IMG/VR virus record: IMGVR_UViG_2563366929_000009 | From: a virus | Taxonomy: Duplodnaviria; Heunggongvirae; Uroviricota; Caudoviricetes | Length of the DNA stretch: 16,405 bases | Strand: one strand, 5' to 3' | Shown here: one piece after another, positions 1 to 7,396 of the stretch | Layout of the letters: every line of letters starts with the position of its first letter | How positions within the stretch are numbered: the stretch's first letter is position 1 | Made by a program: the position numbers and the translations under genes | The notes under the pieces: model-generated | Seen by the model: the letters and a program-made list of their open reading frames with translations, nothing else | Told to the model about the DNA's origin: nothing | Database searches by the model: none

Positions 1-1131
1 TCAAATGACCAGTTTTTTCCATTCCTTACCGCGTGCGTCGTTGTAAATATCGGTCATTTTTTGATTCGAATGGCCCAGCAAAATTTTGGTATCAACCCCC
101 TGCTCTCTGAACAATCGCTCTGATAAAGATCTCTGCTCATGGAAAGAGGGTGGGGTGCCATTAGCACGCCAGTTGTAATCCACAGAATCCCGGGCTTTTT
201 TAAATGCAACGGTTAATGTTGCTGGCTTAACCATCCCGCCGCGCTTAGCTGTCCCTTTCGCGTGATGGTGGTGCAATAGCCACGGACTAAGAACGCAATC
301 GCGGCAGGATGACACCACATCATCTAGGGTGAGATTTAATTTATCGCAACGCAGAGCCAGAGGGATGGCAATCCGGGTTCCTGTTTTTTGCTGTTCGACA
401 TGAAGATAACCATCCCGGATATCCGAAAATTGCATTTTGCAAATATCTGAAAGGCGCTGGCCTGTCATCAGTGCCAGCAGCATACCGCGCTGTAAAAAGT
501 AACCATCCTTTTCCGCTGCGTTATAAATCATCATCCACTCATCAAAAGTCAGTCGCTGTCTTGATATCCGCACCTGCGGTTTTTTTGCCGATTCTGCAGG
601 GTTAAAGCCTGGCGGGACATCGCCCGTTTGCTGAGCTTCCCGGAAAACATCGATCAGTACTTTCCTGAAAATTTGTCCCATTCTGTTATGTCCTCTGGCC
701 TTGTACTCTTCCAGTACTGATACCACATCTTTTACGGTTATGGCATCTAACGGTCTGGTGCCAAAACGTTCATCAAATACCCTGAGAGGGGCCGCTTTCT
801 GTTTCAGCGTGTTGAGTTTGATCTCGCCGTTTTCATATCTTTCCTGTTGAATTTTTCTGTAATTATTCAGAAAAATGGTAACGGTTGATGAACCGCCGGT
901 GTCACTAATAATTTTCTCCTGCAGACTGAGCATTTGTTCCATTTGCTGCCGGGCAAGACGGCTGTTCGCTTCTGCTGCAATAGTTTCTGCCAGTTTCTGG
1001 TCAATACTGCCGAGACCGTGATTTTTGCCTGTTATGGGATGCCTGTAACGCCAGTAAACTTTGTTATTTCTTTTGTCAAAATATGGAGATAATCCCGGAA
1101 CATCGGTTTTATATTTTCGCGGGCGCGCCAT
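1..1131 (-). CDS. int: Phage tyrosine integrase (lambda Int-like)
   Basis: 376-aa minus-strand ORF. C-terminal segment (..ILLGHSNQKMTDIYNDARGKEW..) resembles the lambda Int catalytic C-terminus including the Tyr. Its start overlaps the end of the upstream excisionase by 23 nt, as in lambda xis-int. Stop codon is at window positions 1-3. Confidence 0.9.
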   Translation of the reverse strand: MARPRKYKTDVPGLSPYFDKRNNKVYWRYRHPITGKNHGLGSIDQKLAETIAAEANSRLARQQMEQMLSLQEKIISDTGGSSTVTIFLNNYRKIQQERYENGEIKLNTLKQKAAPLRVFDERFGTRPLDAITVKDVVSVLEEYKARGHNRMGQIFRKVLIDVFREAQQTGDVPPGFNPAESAKKPQVRISRQRLTFDEWMMIYNAAEKDGYFLQRGMLLALMTGQRLSDICKMQFSDIRDGYLHVEQQKTGTRIAIPLALRCDKLNLTLDDVVSSCRDCVLSPWLLHHHHAKGTAKRGGMVKPATLTVAFKKARDSVDYNWRANGTPPSFHEQRSLSERLFREQGVDTKILLGHSNQKMTDIYNDARGKEWKKLVI

Positions 1132-1357
1132 CTTCCAGTATCCTCTTCAAAGCAGGGTGATCTGTGGCGATCACCTCCGGCTTGTTTACCATTCCGACAA
1201 AGCGAGCTTGCGGATCCACTCGCCAGCGTCTTCCAACTTTTTTGGGGAGAGGAAATATCATTCCGGCTTTAGCGTATTTACTTAACGTACTCGGAGTAGG
1301 GACCGGTTCACTGAATTCCTCCTTTGTCCACTCAGTGAGCAGAATAAGTCTTGCCAT
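1109..1357 (-). CDS. xis: Excisionase (lambda Xis-like)
   Basis: 82-aa ORF immediately upstream of int and overlapping it. N-terminal LTEW and IFPLPKKVGRRWR motifs resemble lambda Xis (LTLQEW, IFPPPVKDGRE). No clear Shine-Dalgarno. Confidence 0.75.
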   Translation of the reverse strand: MARLILLTEWTKEEFSEPVPTPSTLSKYAKAGMIFPLPKKVGRRWRVDPQARFVGMVNKPEVIATDHPALKRILEDGAPAKI

Positions 1358-1421
1358 GAGCGTCGTTCGCTAATCATGGTCGCCGCCACTATAGCTGGTG
1401 GGCAACGACCGGGGTTGAACA

Positions 1422-3893
1422 TTAAAAATCAGCCTGATTTGGGATCAGTTTTTGCCAGATAGCTGAAACGTATTTTGCCTGGTAACGGGCGTCATCAAGT
1501 GCATTATGGCGCTCACCTTCGAATGGAATAGCCGTTCTGGCATCGAAGTCTATGGCTTTCCCCAGCTCAACGATTGTGCGTACATCGCGATCGTTGTAGT
1601 AACGCCACGGGCAGGGGATCCCCTGCCGTTCGTATGAACGGCGCAAAATCGTGTTGTCGAAGTTGGCTCCATTTCCCCAAACCTGAACAAAAAATTCACC
1701 GGAGTTTTCGTCGATAAATTCCCGCAATTGTAACAGTGCATCATCTAACGGGATTTCATCGGTCATAATGGCAGATTGCGCTTCGCGTGATTGCTTAAGC
1801 CACCATTTAATGGTGTCCCGATCAATGACTCCGCCAGCAGTTTCCAGATCGATAGTCTTACTAAATTCCGGTCCCATATCTCCGGTTTGCGGATCGAAAA
1901 ATATTGCACCTATTGAGATGATCGGGGCATCAGGATTTTTTCCCATGGTTTCAAGGTCGATCATTAGATGGTCACACGTCCTGCTGGTGGATGTGATTTC
2001 GTGATGACCGTTCACCTTAATTGGGTGATCTGCCGTCTCGCCAGTTTCATTATCGCTATTGTGATGCTGATTGCCGCCAGTGTTCTCCTTGTGTGGATGT
2101 TCAGCGCCTTCCATTTCCTCCGGATCATCTTCCTGAACTTCAACCTGATACTCTTCATCGAATGTTTCTTGGTATGTTGCGTCGCCCATCACCGCGCCAC
2201 AATCAGGACAGTTGCCGCCGCCGGTCTGACCGCAGGCGGTGCAGGCTTTTTCCACTTCCTGGTGCGCCACTGGTTCAGGCTGTTTCGTTTCTGGCTCGTT
2301 TTGTAACGCATTTGGACTGTTTTGTTCCGCTTTTTGGTAGTTCCGTTCCGATTCATGCTGGTTCTGGCTCACAGAATCGCGGGTCTGGATCCCCTTAATC
2401 CATTTCGGATCATTCGGGTCACTAATCCCTTCAACAAATTCACCACGTGATGCAGCAAGCAACTTATCGGCGTCAGGCTGGCTGATATTGGCTGCCTGCA
2501 TAATTTTGTTTACTTCGTCAGCGGTAACTTTTATCGGCTCTGGTTGTTCTGAATCTTCAGCGGTATCTACATTTTGCGGTAAGCCCGTGTATGTGCCATT
2601 TTTTCGGGCAAAATATTCTTCTTTTGTGATTTCAGTGGCGCCAGCAGCCAGTGCCTTATCCAGACCAGAAAGTTTGTTTGCGCGACCGTATTTTTCTCCG
2701 TCCTTATCTGCGAAGAGGAAATAGAACGGCCCCTCACGCTCTACAGATGGTTCAGCTTCCGGCGCGGTTTCATTTTTTGGGATATCAGATACCTCAGTTT
2801 CCACTGCATCAGTTTGTGTTTCTGATGACTGGAGAACATCAACAGTGCCCAGGTCTGTTTCTTCATTCTCAAACACGCCCTTTGTCGTCAGGTATTCGCA
2901 GATATATTTGTTCAGTGCTACGGGATCTTTGTGAATGTCGATCGGACGCTCACGGACAAGGCCAAAAATAGTTTGGCGGTCGTAGCGAAGGGCATCAGGC
3001 TGTTTGCGCATTGATGCCGAGATACGCTTCCAGTCTTCGCGGTCGTTGTCGATAACTTCTTTTTTTGCCCAGCGATGGATGCTGCCGTCAATGTTTCCGG
3101 CATCCACATCACCAGGCCAGAGAGCGTAGGCCAGTTCGTCATCCAGTGTTTTCCATGTCTGCTTGTATTCGCGATGAATGGCAGCAATGACCGGGCTGAT
3201 TTTTCCTGTTGAATTTTCAGTGTACTGTTGATTGGCTCTGGCGCGGGCGAGATCAACAACAGACGTGTATTTTCCGGTTTCCTTGCGTTCACCTTCGCGA
3301 CGTTTTTTCCAGATGCGCATCTCTGCCTGAATTTCGGGCCATTTAGCACCAGGAATACATTTATGCTTAACCCACCCAATGGCGTGCAACTTAAGCTCCG
3401 GATACATGGCGTTAACTTCTGGCATTTTCATCAACGCTTCAACGATATGTCCGTCGAATGTTGCCATGTCTTCCTGCAACAATTCCTGTGCGCTAATAAC
3501 CATATCAACGGTGATGTTTTCACATGTGTCGAACTTAACCATGACAGCGTTCTGTACTTCAGGGGCCAGCTTGTCAAAAGTGACGTTCATCGGATCGGAT
3601 TCAGTCTCGACCGGAACAAAGGAAGCAGACGCCTCATCCCAGCGGTTTTCCTGCATATATTCAGCATCCCAGGAATCGAGGGCAGGGCGGGGTATACCGG
3701 GTTTATCCTCGCAAACAAGAAATTTATAAGCGCAGTCCTGAGCAGCCGGATAATGTTCCAGGAATTGCCAGTGAAATTTTGCGCGGGCGCGACGTTCATC
3801 ACCGGCTTCAATGGCAGTGGCTACAGCGACGGCACCTTCTTCCTTTATTGCCTGTTCGTCCGGAATGGCGGCGCAAATAAAGACTTTACTCAT
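1422..3893 (-). CDS. Phage exonuclease, large multidomain protein with C-terminal DnaQ-like (DEDDh) 3'-5' exonuclease domain
   Basis: 823-aa ORF with GAGG Shine-Dalgarno 8 nt upstream of ATG. C-terminal ~180 aa carry DEDDh motifs: Exo I MIDLETMG, Exo II WGNGANFD, Exo III HNALDDARYQ. Central C-x2-C-x7-C-x2-C zinc-ribbon-like motif (CTACGQTGGGNCPDCG) and an acidic/His-rich low-complexity linker. Position matches the exo slot of the lambdoid recombination module. Confidence 0.8.
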   Translation of the reverse strand: MSKVFICAAIPDEQAIKEEGAVAVATAIEAGDERRARAKFHWQFLEHYPAAQDCAYKFLVCEDKPGIPRPALDSWDAEYMQENRWDEASASFVPVETESDPMNVTFDKLAPEVQNAVMVKFDTCENITVDMVISAQELLQEDMATFDGHIVEALMKMPEVNAMYPELKLHAIGWVKHKCIPGAKWPEIQAEMRIWKKRREGERKETGKYTSVVDLARARANQQYTENSTGKISPVIAAIHREYKQTWKTLDDELAYALWPGDVDAGNIDGSIHRWAKKEVIDNDREDWKRISASMRKQPDALRYDRQTIFGLVRERPIDIHKDPVALNKYICEYLTTKGVFENEETDLGTVDVLQSSETQTDAVETEVSDIPKNETAPEAEPSVEREGPFYFLFADKDGEKYGRANKLSGLDKALAAGATEITKEEYFARKNGTYTGLPQNVDTAEDSEQPEPIKVTADEVNKIMQAANISQPDADKLLAASRGEFVEGISDPNDPKWIKGIQTRDSVSQNQHESERNYQKAEQNSPNALQNEPETKQPEPVAHQEVEKACTACGQTGGGNCPDCGAVMGDATYQETFDEEYQVEVQEDDPEEMEGAEHPHKENTGGNQHHNSDNETGETADHPIKVNGHHEITSTSRTCDHLMIDLETMGKNPDAPIISIGAIFFDPQTGDMGPEFSKTIDLETAGGVIDRDTIKWWLKQSREAQSAIMTDEIPLDDALLQLREFIDENSGEFFVQVWGNGANFDNTILRRSYERQGIPCPWRYYNDRDVRTIVELGKAIDFDARTAIPFEGERHNALDDARYQAKYVSAIWQKLIPNQADF

Positions 3894-3993
3894 TTTGTTT
3901 TACCTCATTACAGATTTAAGGGTGAACAAATCCCTGCCGGTGATGCTGCCAACTTACTGATTTAGTGTATGATGGTGTTTTTGAGGTGCTCCA

Positions 3994-4269
3994 GTGGCTT
4001 CTGTTTCTATCAGCTGTCCCTCCTGTTCAGCTACTGACGGGGTGGTGCGTAACGGCAAAAGCACCGCCGGACATCAGCGCTATCTCTGCTCTCACTGCCG
4101 TAAAACATGGCAACTGCAGTTCACTTACACCGCTTCTCAACCCGGTACGTACCAGAAAATCATTGATATGGCCATGAATGGCGTTGGATGCCGGGCAACA
4201 GCCCGCATTATGGGCGTTGGCCTCAACACGATTTTACGTCACTTAAAAAACTCAGGCCGCAGTCGGTAA
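3994..4269 (+). CDS. insA: IS1 InsA (transposition inhibitor / N-terminal part of InsAB' transposase)
   Basis: 91-aa [27 protein letters not shown].. recognised as IS1 InsA. Confidence 0.9.
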   Translation: MASVSISCPSCSATDGVVRNGKSTAGHQRYLCSHCRKTWQLQFTYTASQPGTYQKIIDMAMNGVGCRATARIMGVGLNTILRHLKNSGRSR

Positions 4270-4691
4270 CCTCGCGCATACAGCCGGGCAGTGATGTGAT
4301 TGTCTGCGCTGAAATGGACGAACAGTGGGGCTATGTCGGGGCTAAATCGCGCCAGCGCTGGCTGTTTTACGCGTATGACAGGCTCCGGAAGACGGTTGTT
4401 GCGCACGTATTCGGTGAACGCACTATGGCGACGCTGGGGCGTCTTATGAGCCTGCTGTCACCCTTTGACGTGGTGATATGGATGACGGATGGCTGGCCGC
4501 TGTATGAATCCCGCCTGAAGGGAAAGCTGCACGTAATCAGCAAGCGATATACGCAGCGAATTGAGCGGCATAACCTGAATCTGAGGCAGCACCTGGCACG
4601 GCTGGGACGGAAGTCGCTGTCGTTCTCAAAATCGGTGGAGCTGCATGACAAAGTCATCGGGCATTATCTGAACATAAAACACTATCAATAA
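4188..4691 (+). CDS. insB: IS1 InsB' reading frame (expressed as InsAB' transposase by -1 frameshift)
   Basis: -1 frame relative to insA and overlapping its 3' end; A6C slippery motif at 4243..4251. Sequence ..[30 protein letters not shown].. is typical IS1 InsB. Confidence 0.88.
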   Translation: MPGNSPHYGRWPQHDFTSLKKLRPQSVTSRIQPGSDVIVCAEMDEQWGYVGAKSRQRWLFYAYDRLRKTVVAHVFGERTMATLGRLMSLLSPFDVVIWMTDGWPLYESRLKGKLHVISKRYTQRIERHNLNLRQHLARLGRKSLSFSKSVELHDKVIGHYLNIKHYQ

Positions 4692-4784
4692 GTTGGAGTC
4701 ATTACCGAGAAAGATGATGTCTACATAGCCAATTGTATAGAAAAAGGTAAGACTGAATTTAAAGTAAGCAAAGATATTGCTGCG

Positions 4785-5159
4785 TTGCCTTTCAAGGGTG
4801 AACCCATCGAGAAAATTAGGGGAGAGCTAATCAGGTCAATCAAGGAACACTTGATCAGTGCAAGCTGGCATAGCACTAAAAAGGTAATCGACCGCTATGA
4901 AGCTACATTCGATATAAAAGTACAAAAAGACTGTCCGATAGAAGCTATTGAATTGGCAACCCTCAATCGAAATCACTTAGTGCATCGTGGTGGAAAGGAT
5001 AAAGAAGGGAACCTCGTAGTGATTACAGACCAGGATCTTGAAACGCTGATTGAAAATGCATCGAACCTGGCAATTATGCTCTACAACAGTTTAAATGTAG
5101 CAACGAATAAAACCACCATTTTGCAACCAGATGACAAACCGTTCATTCATGAATTTTAA
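4785..5159 (+). CDS. Hypothetical protein, probably a 5'-truncated remnant (frame open back to the IS1 junction at 4707)
   Basis: ORF-track start is TTG with no Shine-Dalgarno. The same frame stays open upstream to the insB stop at 4689..4691, with no ATG or GTG in between. AT-rich codon composition unlike the flanking prophage genes. No recognisable family motif. Confidence 0.45.
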   Translation: MPFKGEPIEKIRGELIRSIKEHLISASWHSTKKVIDRYEATFDIKVQKDCPIEAIELATLNRNHLVHRGGKDKEGNLVVITDQDLETLIENASNLAIMLYNSLNVATNKTTILQPDDKPFIHEF

Positions 5160-5174
5160 TAGCGCAGGTCATAC

Positions 5175-6176
5175 ATGGATATTCGCACACGAAAGACAAA
5201 ATTTTTAGAGTCGTTAGATTCAACTGAAGTGATACGCAAAGCAGTAAGTCTCGCTATAGATTGCATTATTGATAATCATAATAGTAATGAAGATACCCCC
5301 TTAGTTATTACCAGCTATGATGATCTCTGTAGAATCCAGGTGCTAAATTATGTACAGGAGTTTTGCGAAGCTGCATTCCCTGATATGGATGAATATTACT
5401 TTAGTCCTAACATACTTCGCATCAACGGCAAGACTAGTGAAGAAGCTTGTATTAACTTAATTAAACTCTTAAGAAGTACAAAAGGCATGCTATTCTGGTC
5501 CGATGCCCCATCGTGGTTCGCTAGCCTCCCCGACGGATTATTCCATGTTGTTAACATTGATCAAAAAATCGTTACTCGCGGCCTTAATAAGAAAAACTCT
5601 AAGCCGACAATAATCAATAAAGATTACAGTGTAGATACACTACTATCAGAGCTATTTTTGAATGGCGCACACATGGAGCAACCCAACGTACACAACGTTT
5701 CTGAGGGAAACATGAAGTTCTATGATGAATGCCATGCTGGATTAATCAGACCAATACCCGCTCCAATAGGCGCGTCATACGATGAAGAGATCACAATTAA
5801 TTCTCCAGATTGGCAAAAGCTCGCGTGTGTAGCTTTACGCCGCTATCAGTCGAAGGAATGTCATGACGGAATGCAATGGGATACAACCGATCATGGTTGG
5901 ACTGATGTAATCGCGTATCCATTCGTCGAAGAAATACAATCAATGGATAATAGTGGTTATCGACAATGTTTAGTTGGGCTGGTCACAATAAACAATTCAA
6001 ATGCAAATTCTCCGTACCTATCTACCGTTTGGATACATCCATTTTATCGCAGGAGAGGGTTATTAAGTAAGTTATGGCCAAAATTACAAGAGTTATATGG
6101 AAGTAACTTCGAAATTGAGCGACCTAATGAAAATATGAAAGCATTTCTGAAAAGTGCGAAACACGCAGATTACTAA
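5175..6176 (+). CDS. Hypothetical 333-aa protein with a C-terminal GNAT-acetyltransferase-like motif
   Basis: ATG with weak AGGT Shine-Dalgarno 5 nt upstream. Visibly AT-rich. C-terminal segment LVGLVTINN..YLSTVWIHPFYRRRGLLSKLWPKL resembles GNAT motif A (beta4-alpha3, V.P..RR.G). The N-terminal ~230 aa are unrecognised. Confidence 0.7.
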   Translation: MDIRTRKTKFLESLDSTEVIRKAVSLAIDCIIDNHNSNEDTPLVITSYDDLCRIQVLNYVQEFCEAAFPDMDEYYFSPNILRINGKTSEEACINLIKLLRSTKGMLFWSDAPSWFASLPDGLFHVVNIDQKIVTRGLNKKNSKPTIINKDYSVDTLLSELFLNGAHMEQPNVHNVSEGNMKFYDECHAGLIRPIPAPIGASYDEEITINSPDWQKLACVALRRYQSKECHDGMQWDTTDHGWTDVIAYPFVEEIQSMDNSGYRQCLVGLVTINNSNANSPYLSTVWIHPFYRRRGLLSKLWPKLQELYGSNFEIERPNENMKAFLKSAKHADY

Positions 6177-6492
6177 TTTATGAATCAGTCTGTGGAGTTA
6201 GGGTTGGTGTCAACAAGTAGGGTAAGAGCCTCAACGTGATGCTATGCCGACCTGCTCCCTGAGAATTCACACAGAAGGCTGCTAGCAATGTCTGCAGATC
6301 GCTCAAAGCGGACTAGAAGGTTAGCTTGCGTCGGACTTGGCGTATTTAAAGAAGTGCTGGTGGTGACTGGTTGTTGTGTTCCATTTCTACAGAACAAAAT
6401 CACAGAAACTATACCCAATAGTTATATTGAATCAATGATGAGACAGCCTCATATTTATCAGAACTGGTGTACGTCCAATACAGGAGGTTGTC

Positions 6493-6582
6493 GTGCTGGT
6501 TCTCAAATGTGCGCTAGCTATTGCGGCTGTAATGGCAATTTATTGTCTTGCTGTTGTTCTTATGGATCGCCTTTCTGATTGA
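6493..6582 (+). CDS. Candidate small hydrophobic peptide (29 aa: MLVLKCALAIAAVMAIYCLAVVLMDRLSD if GTG is read as Met)
   Basis: Near-consensus Shine-Dalgarno AGGAGG at 6482..6487, 5 nt before GTG at 6493. Single predicted transmembrane helix plus short charged tail. Possible -35 TTGAAT / -10 CATATT about 40-60 nt upstream. Below the ORF-track size cutoff. Confidence 0.3.
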   Translation: MLVLKCALAIAAVMAIYCLAVVLMDRLSD

Positions 6583-6793
6583 TTTTATATTGGCGAGGTG
6601 ACGGGAGTTAAGTAGAATTGCTGCGGGTGCTTGAGGCTATCTGCCTCAGGCATGAACACCAAAGGCAGATAGAGAAAAGCCCCAGTTAATATTACGCGTC
6701 CTGCAAGACGCTTAACATTAATCTGAGGCTCAATCTATGAACGGCAAATCTAGGTTAGCCTCTTACGTGCCGAAAGGCAAGGAGAAGCAGGCT

Positions 6794-6949
6794 ATGAAGC
6801 AGCAAAAGGCGATGTTAATCGCCCTGATCGTCATCTGTTTAACCGTCATAGTGACGGCACTGGTAACGAGGAAAGACCTCTGCGAGGTACGAATCCGAAC
6901 CGGCCAGACGGAGGTCGCTGTCTTCACAGTTTACGAACCTGAGGAGTAA
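6794..6949 (+). CDS. hokD: Hok/Gef-family type I toxin (HokD/RelF-like, 51 aa)
   Basis: MKQQKAMLIALIVICLTVIVTALVTRKDLCEVRIRTGQTEVAVFTVYEPEE is near-identical to my recollection of HokD. GGAGA Shine-Dalgarno 9 nt upstream. The in-frame upstream extension from 6737 (ORF-track 70-aa ORF) may be a mok-like leader ORF. Hairpin GGCGAGGG-agaaat-CCCTCGCC follows the stop, as at hok mRNA 3' ends. Confidence 0.85.
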   Translation: MKQQKAMLIALIVICLTVIVTALVTRKDLCEVRIRTGQTEVAVFTVYEPEE

Positions 6950-6987
6950 GAGACCCGGCGAGGGAGAAATCCCTCGCCACCTCTGAT

Positions 6988-7395
6988 GTGTCAGGCATCC
7001 TCAACGCACCCGCACGTAACCCGCTTCGGCGGGTTTTGTTTTTTCCTGGCATTCTGGTTTACAATTCGCACGCCAGCCTGAACAACTGGCACCTGCTGCG
7101 CCAGCAGAGACAACCGATGGCGCACGATACCAAATTACACAATTCTGATGATTCTGCCGTCTTTGCCAGCAGGCACGGGCGGCGTTCCCGCACTTTCAAA
7201 TCTGACTGGTTCCAGCATCCCCCATGCACTGAAGAACAGGCCGAGTGGCTAATTCAGTGCTACCGCAGACACGGATACGAGATTAAGAAAGCCCTCAGCC
7301 TCGATTATCGTCACTGGATAATCTCCGTCAGGCTTCCTTACTCCGAACGATCACCGCGTCCGTCCCGCACATTCCAGCAACGCATCTGGAGGTAA
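6988..7395 (+). CDS. Hypothetical protein (start uncertain: GTG 6988 or ATG 7117); occupies the rem-like slot between hok and the DUF968 gene
   Basis: Open frame ending at TAA 7393..7395, one nucleotide before the downstream gene; that gene's GGAGG Shine-Dalgarno lies inside its 3' end. GC-rich composition like neighbouring prophage genes. No family recognised. Confidence 0.4.
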   Translation: MSGILNAPARNPLRRVLFFPGILVYNSHASLNNWHLLRQQRQPMAHDTKLHNSDDSAVFASRHGRRSRTFKSDWFQHPPCTEEQAEWLIQCYRRHGYEIKKALSLDYRHWIISVRLPYSERSPRPSRTFQQRIWR

Positions 7396-7396
7396 C

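Larger units (their letters stand above)
3939..4706 (+). mobile_element. IS1: IS1 insertion sequence (768 bp, complete)
   Basis: Left end GGTGATGCTGCCAACTTACTGATTTAGTGTATGATGG starts at 3939. Right end ..AATAAGTTGGAGTCATTACC ends at 4706. Contains insA and insB' with the TTAAAAAAC frameshift motif at 4243..4251. Flanking 9-mers differ (ATCCCTGCC vs GAGAAAGAT), so no target-site duplication. Confidence 0.9.

Noticed and set aside
1061-1373. Plus-strand ORFs 1061..1285 and 1164..1373 across the int/xis overlap.
   Set aside because: Antisense to recognisable int and xis frames; no RBS.
1968-3965. Several plus-strand ORFs (for example 3228..3965 at 245 aa, 2021..2398, 1968..2306) antisense to the exonuclease gene.
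   Set aside because: The minus-strand frame carries conserved DEDDh motifs and a proper RBS. The antisense ORFs lack Shine-Dalgarno sequences and have low-complexity translations; 3228..3965 also runs across the IS1 end.
6288-6578. ORF-track 96-aa Cys-rich ORF (..CASYCGCNGNLLSCCCSYGSPF), considered as a possible microcin or bacteriocin-like peptide.
   Set aside because: No Shine-Dalgarno; it overlaps in another frame a short ORF that has a near-consensus RBS. The Cys-rich composition arises from GCT/TGT-rich sequence encoding the hydrophobic peptide. Likely spurious, though not fully excluded.
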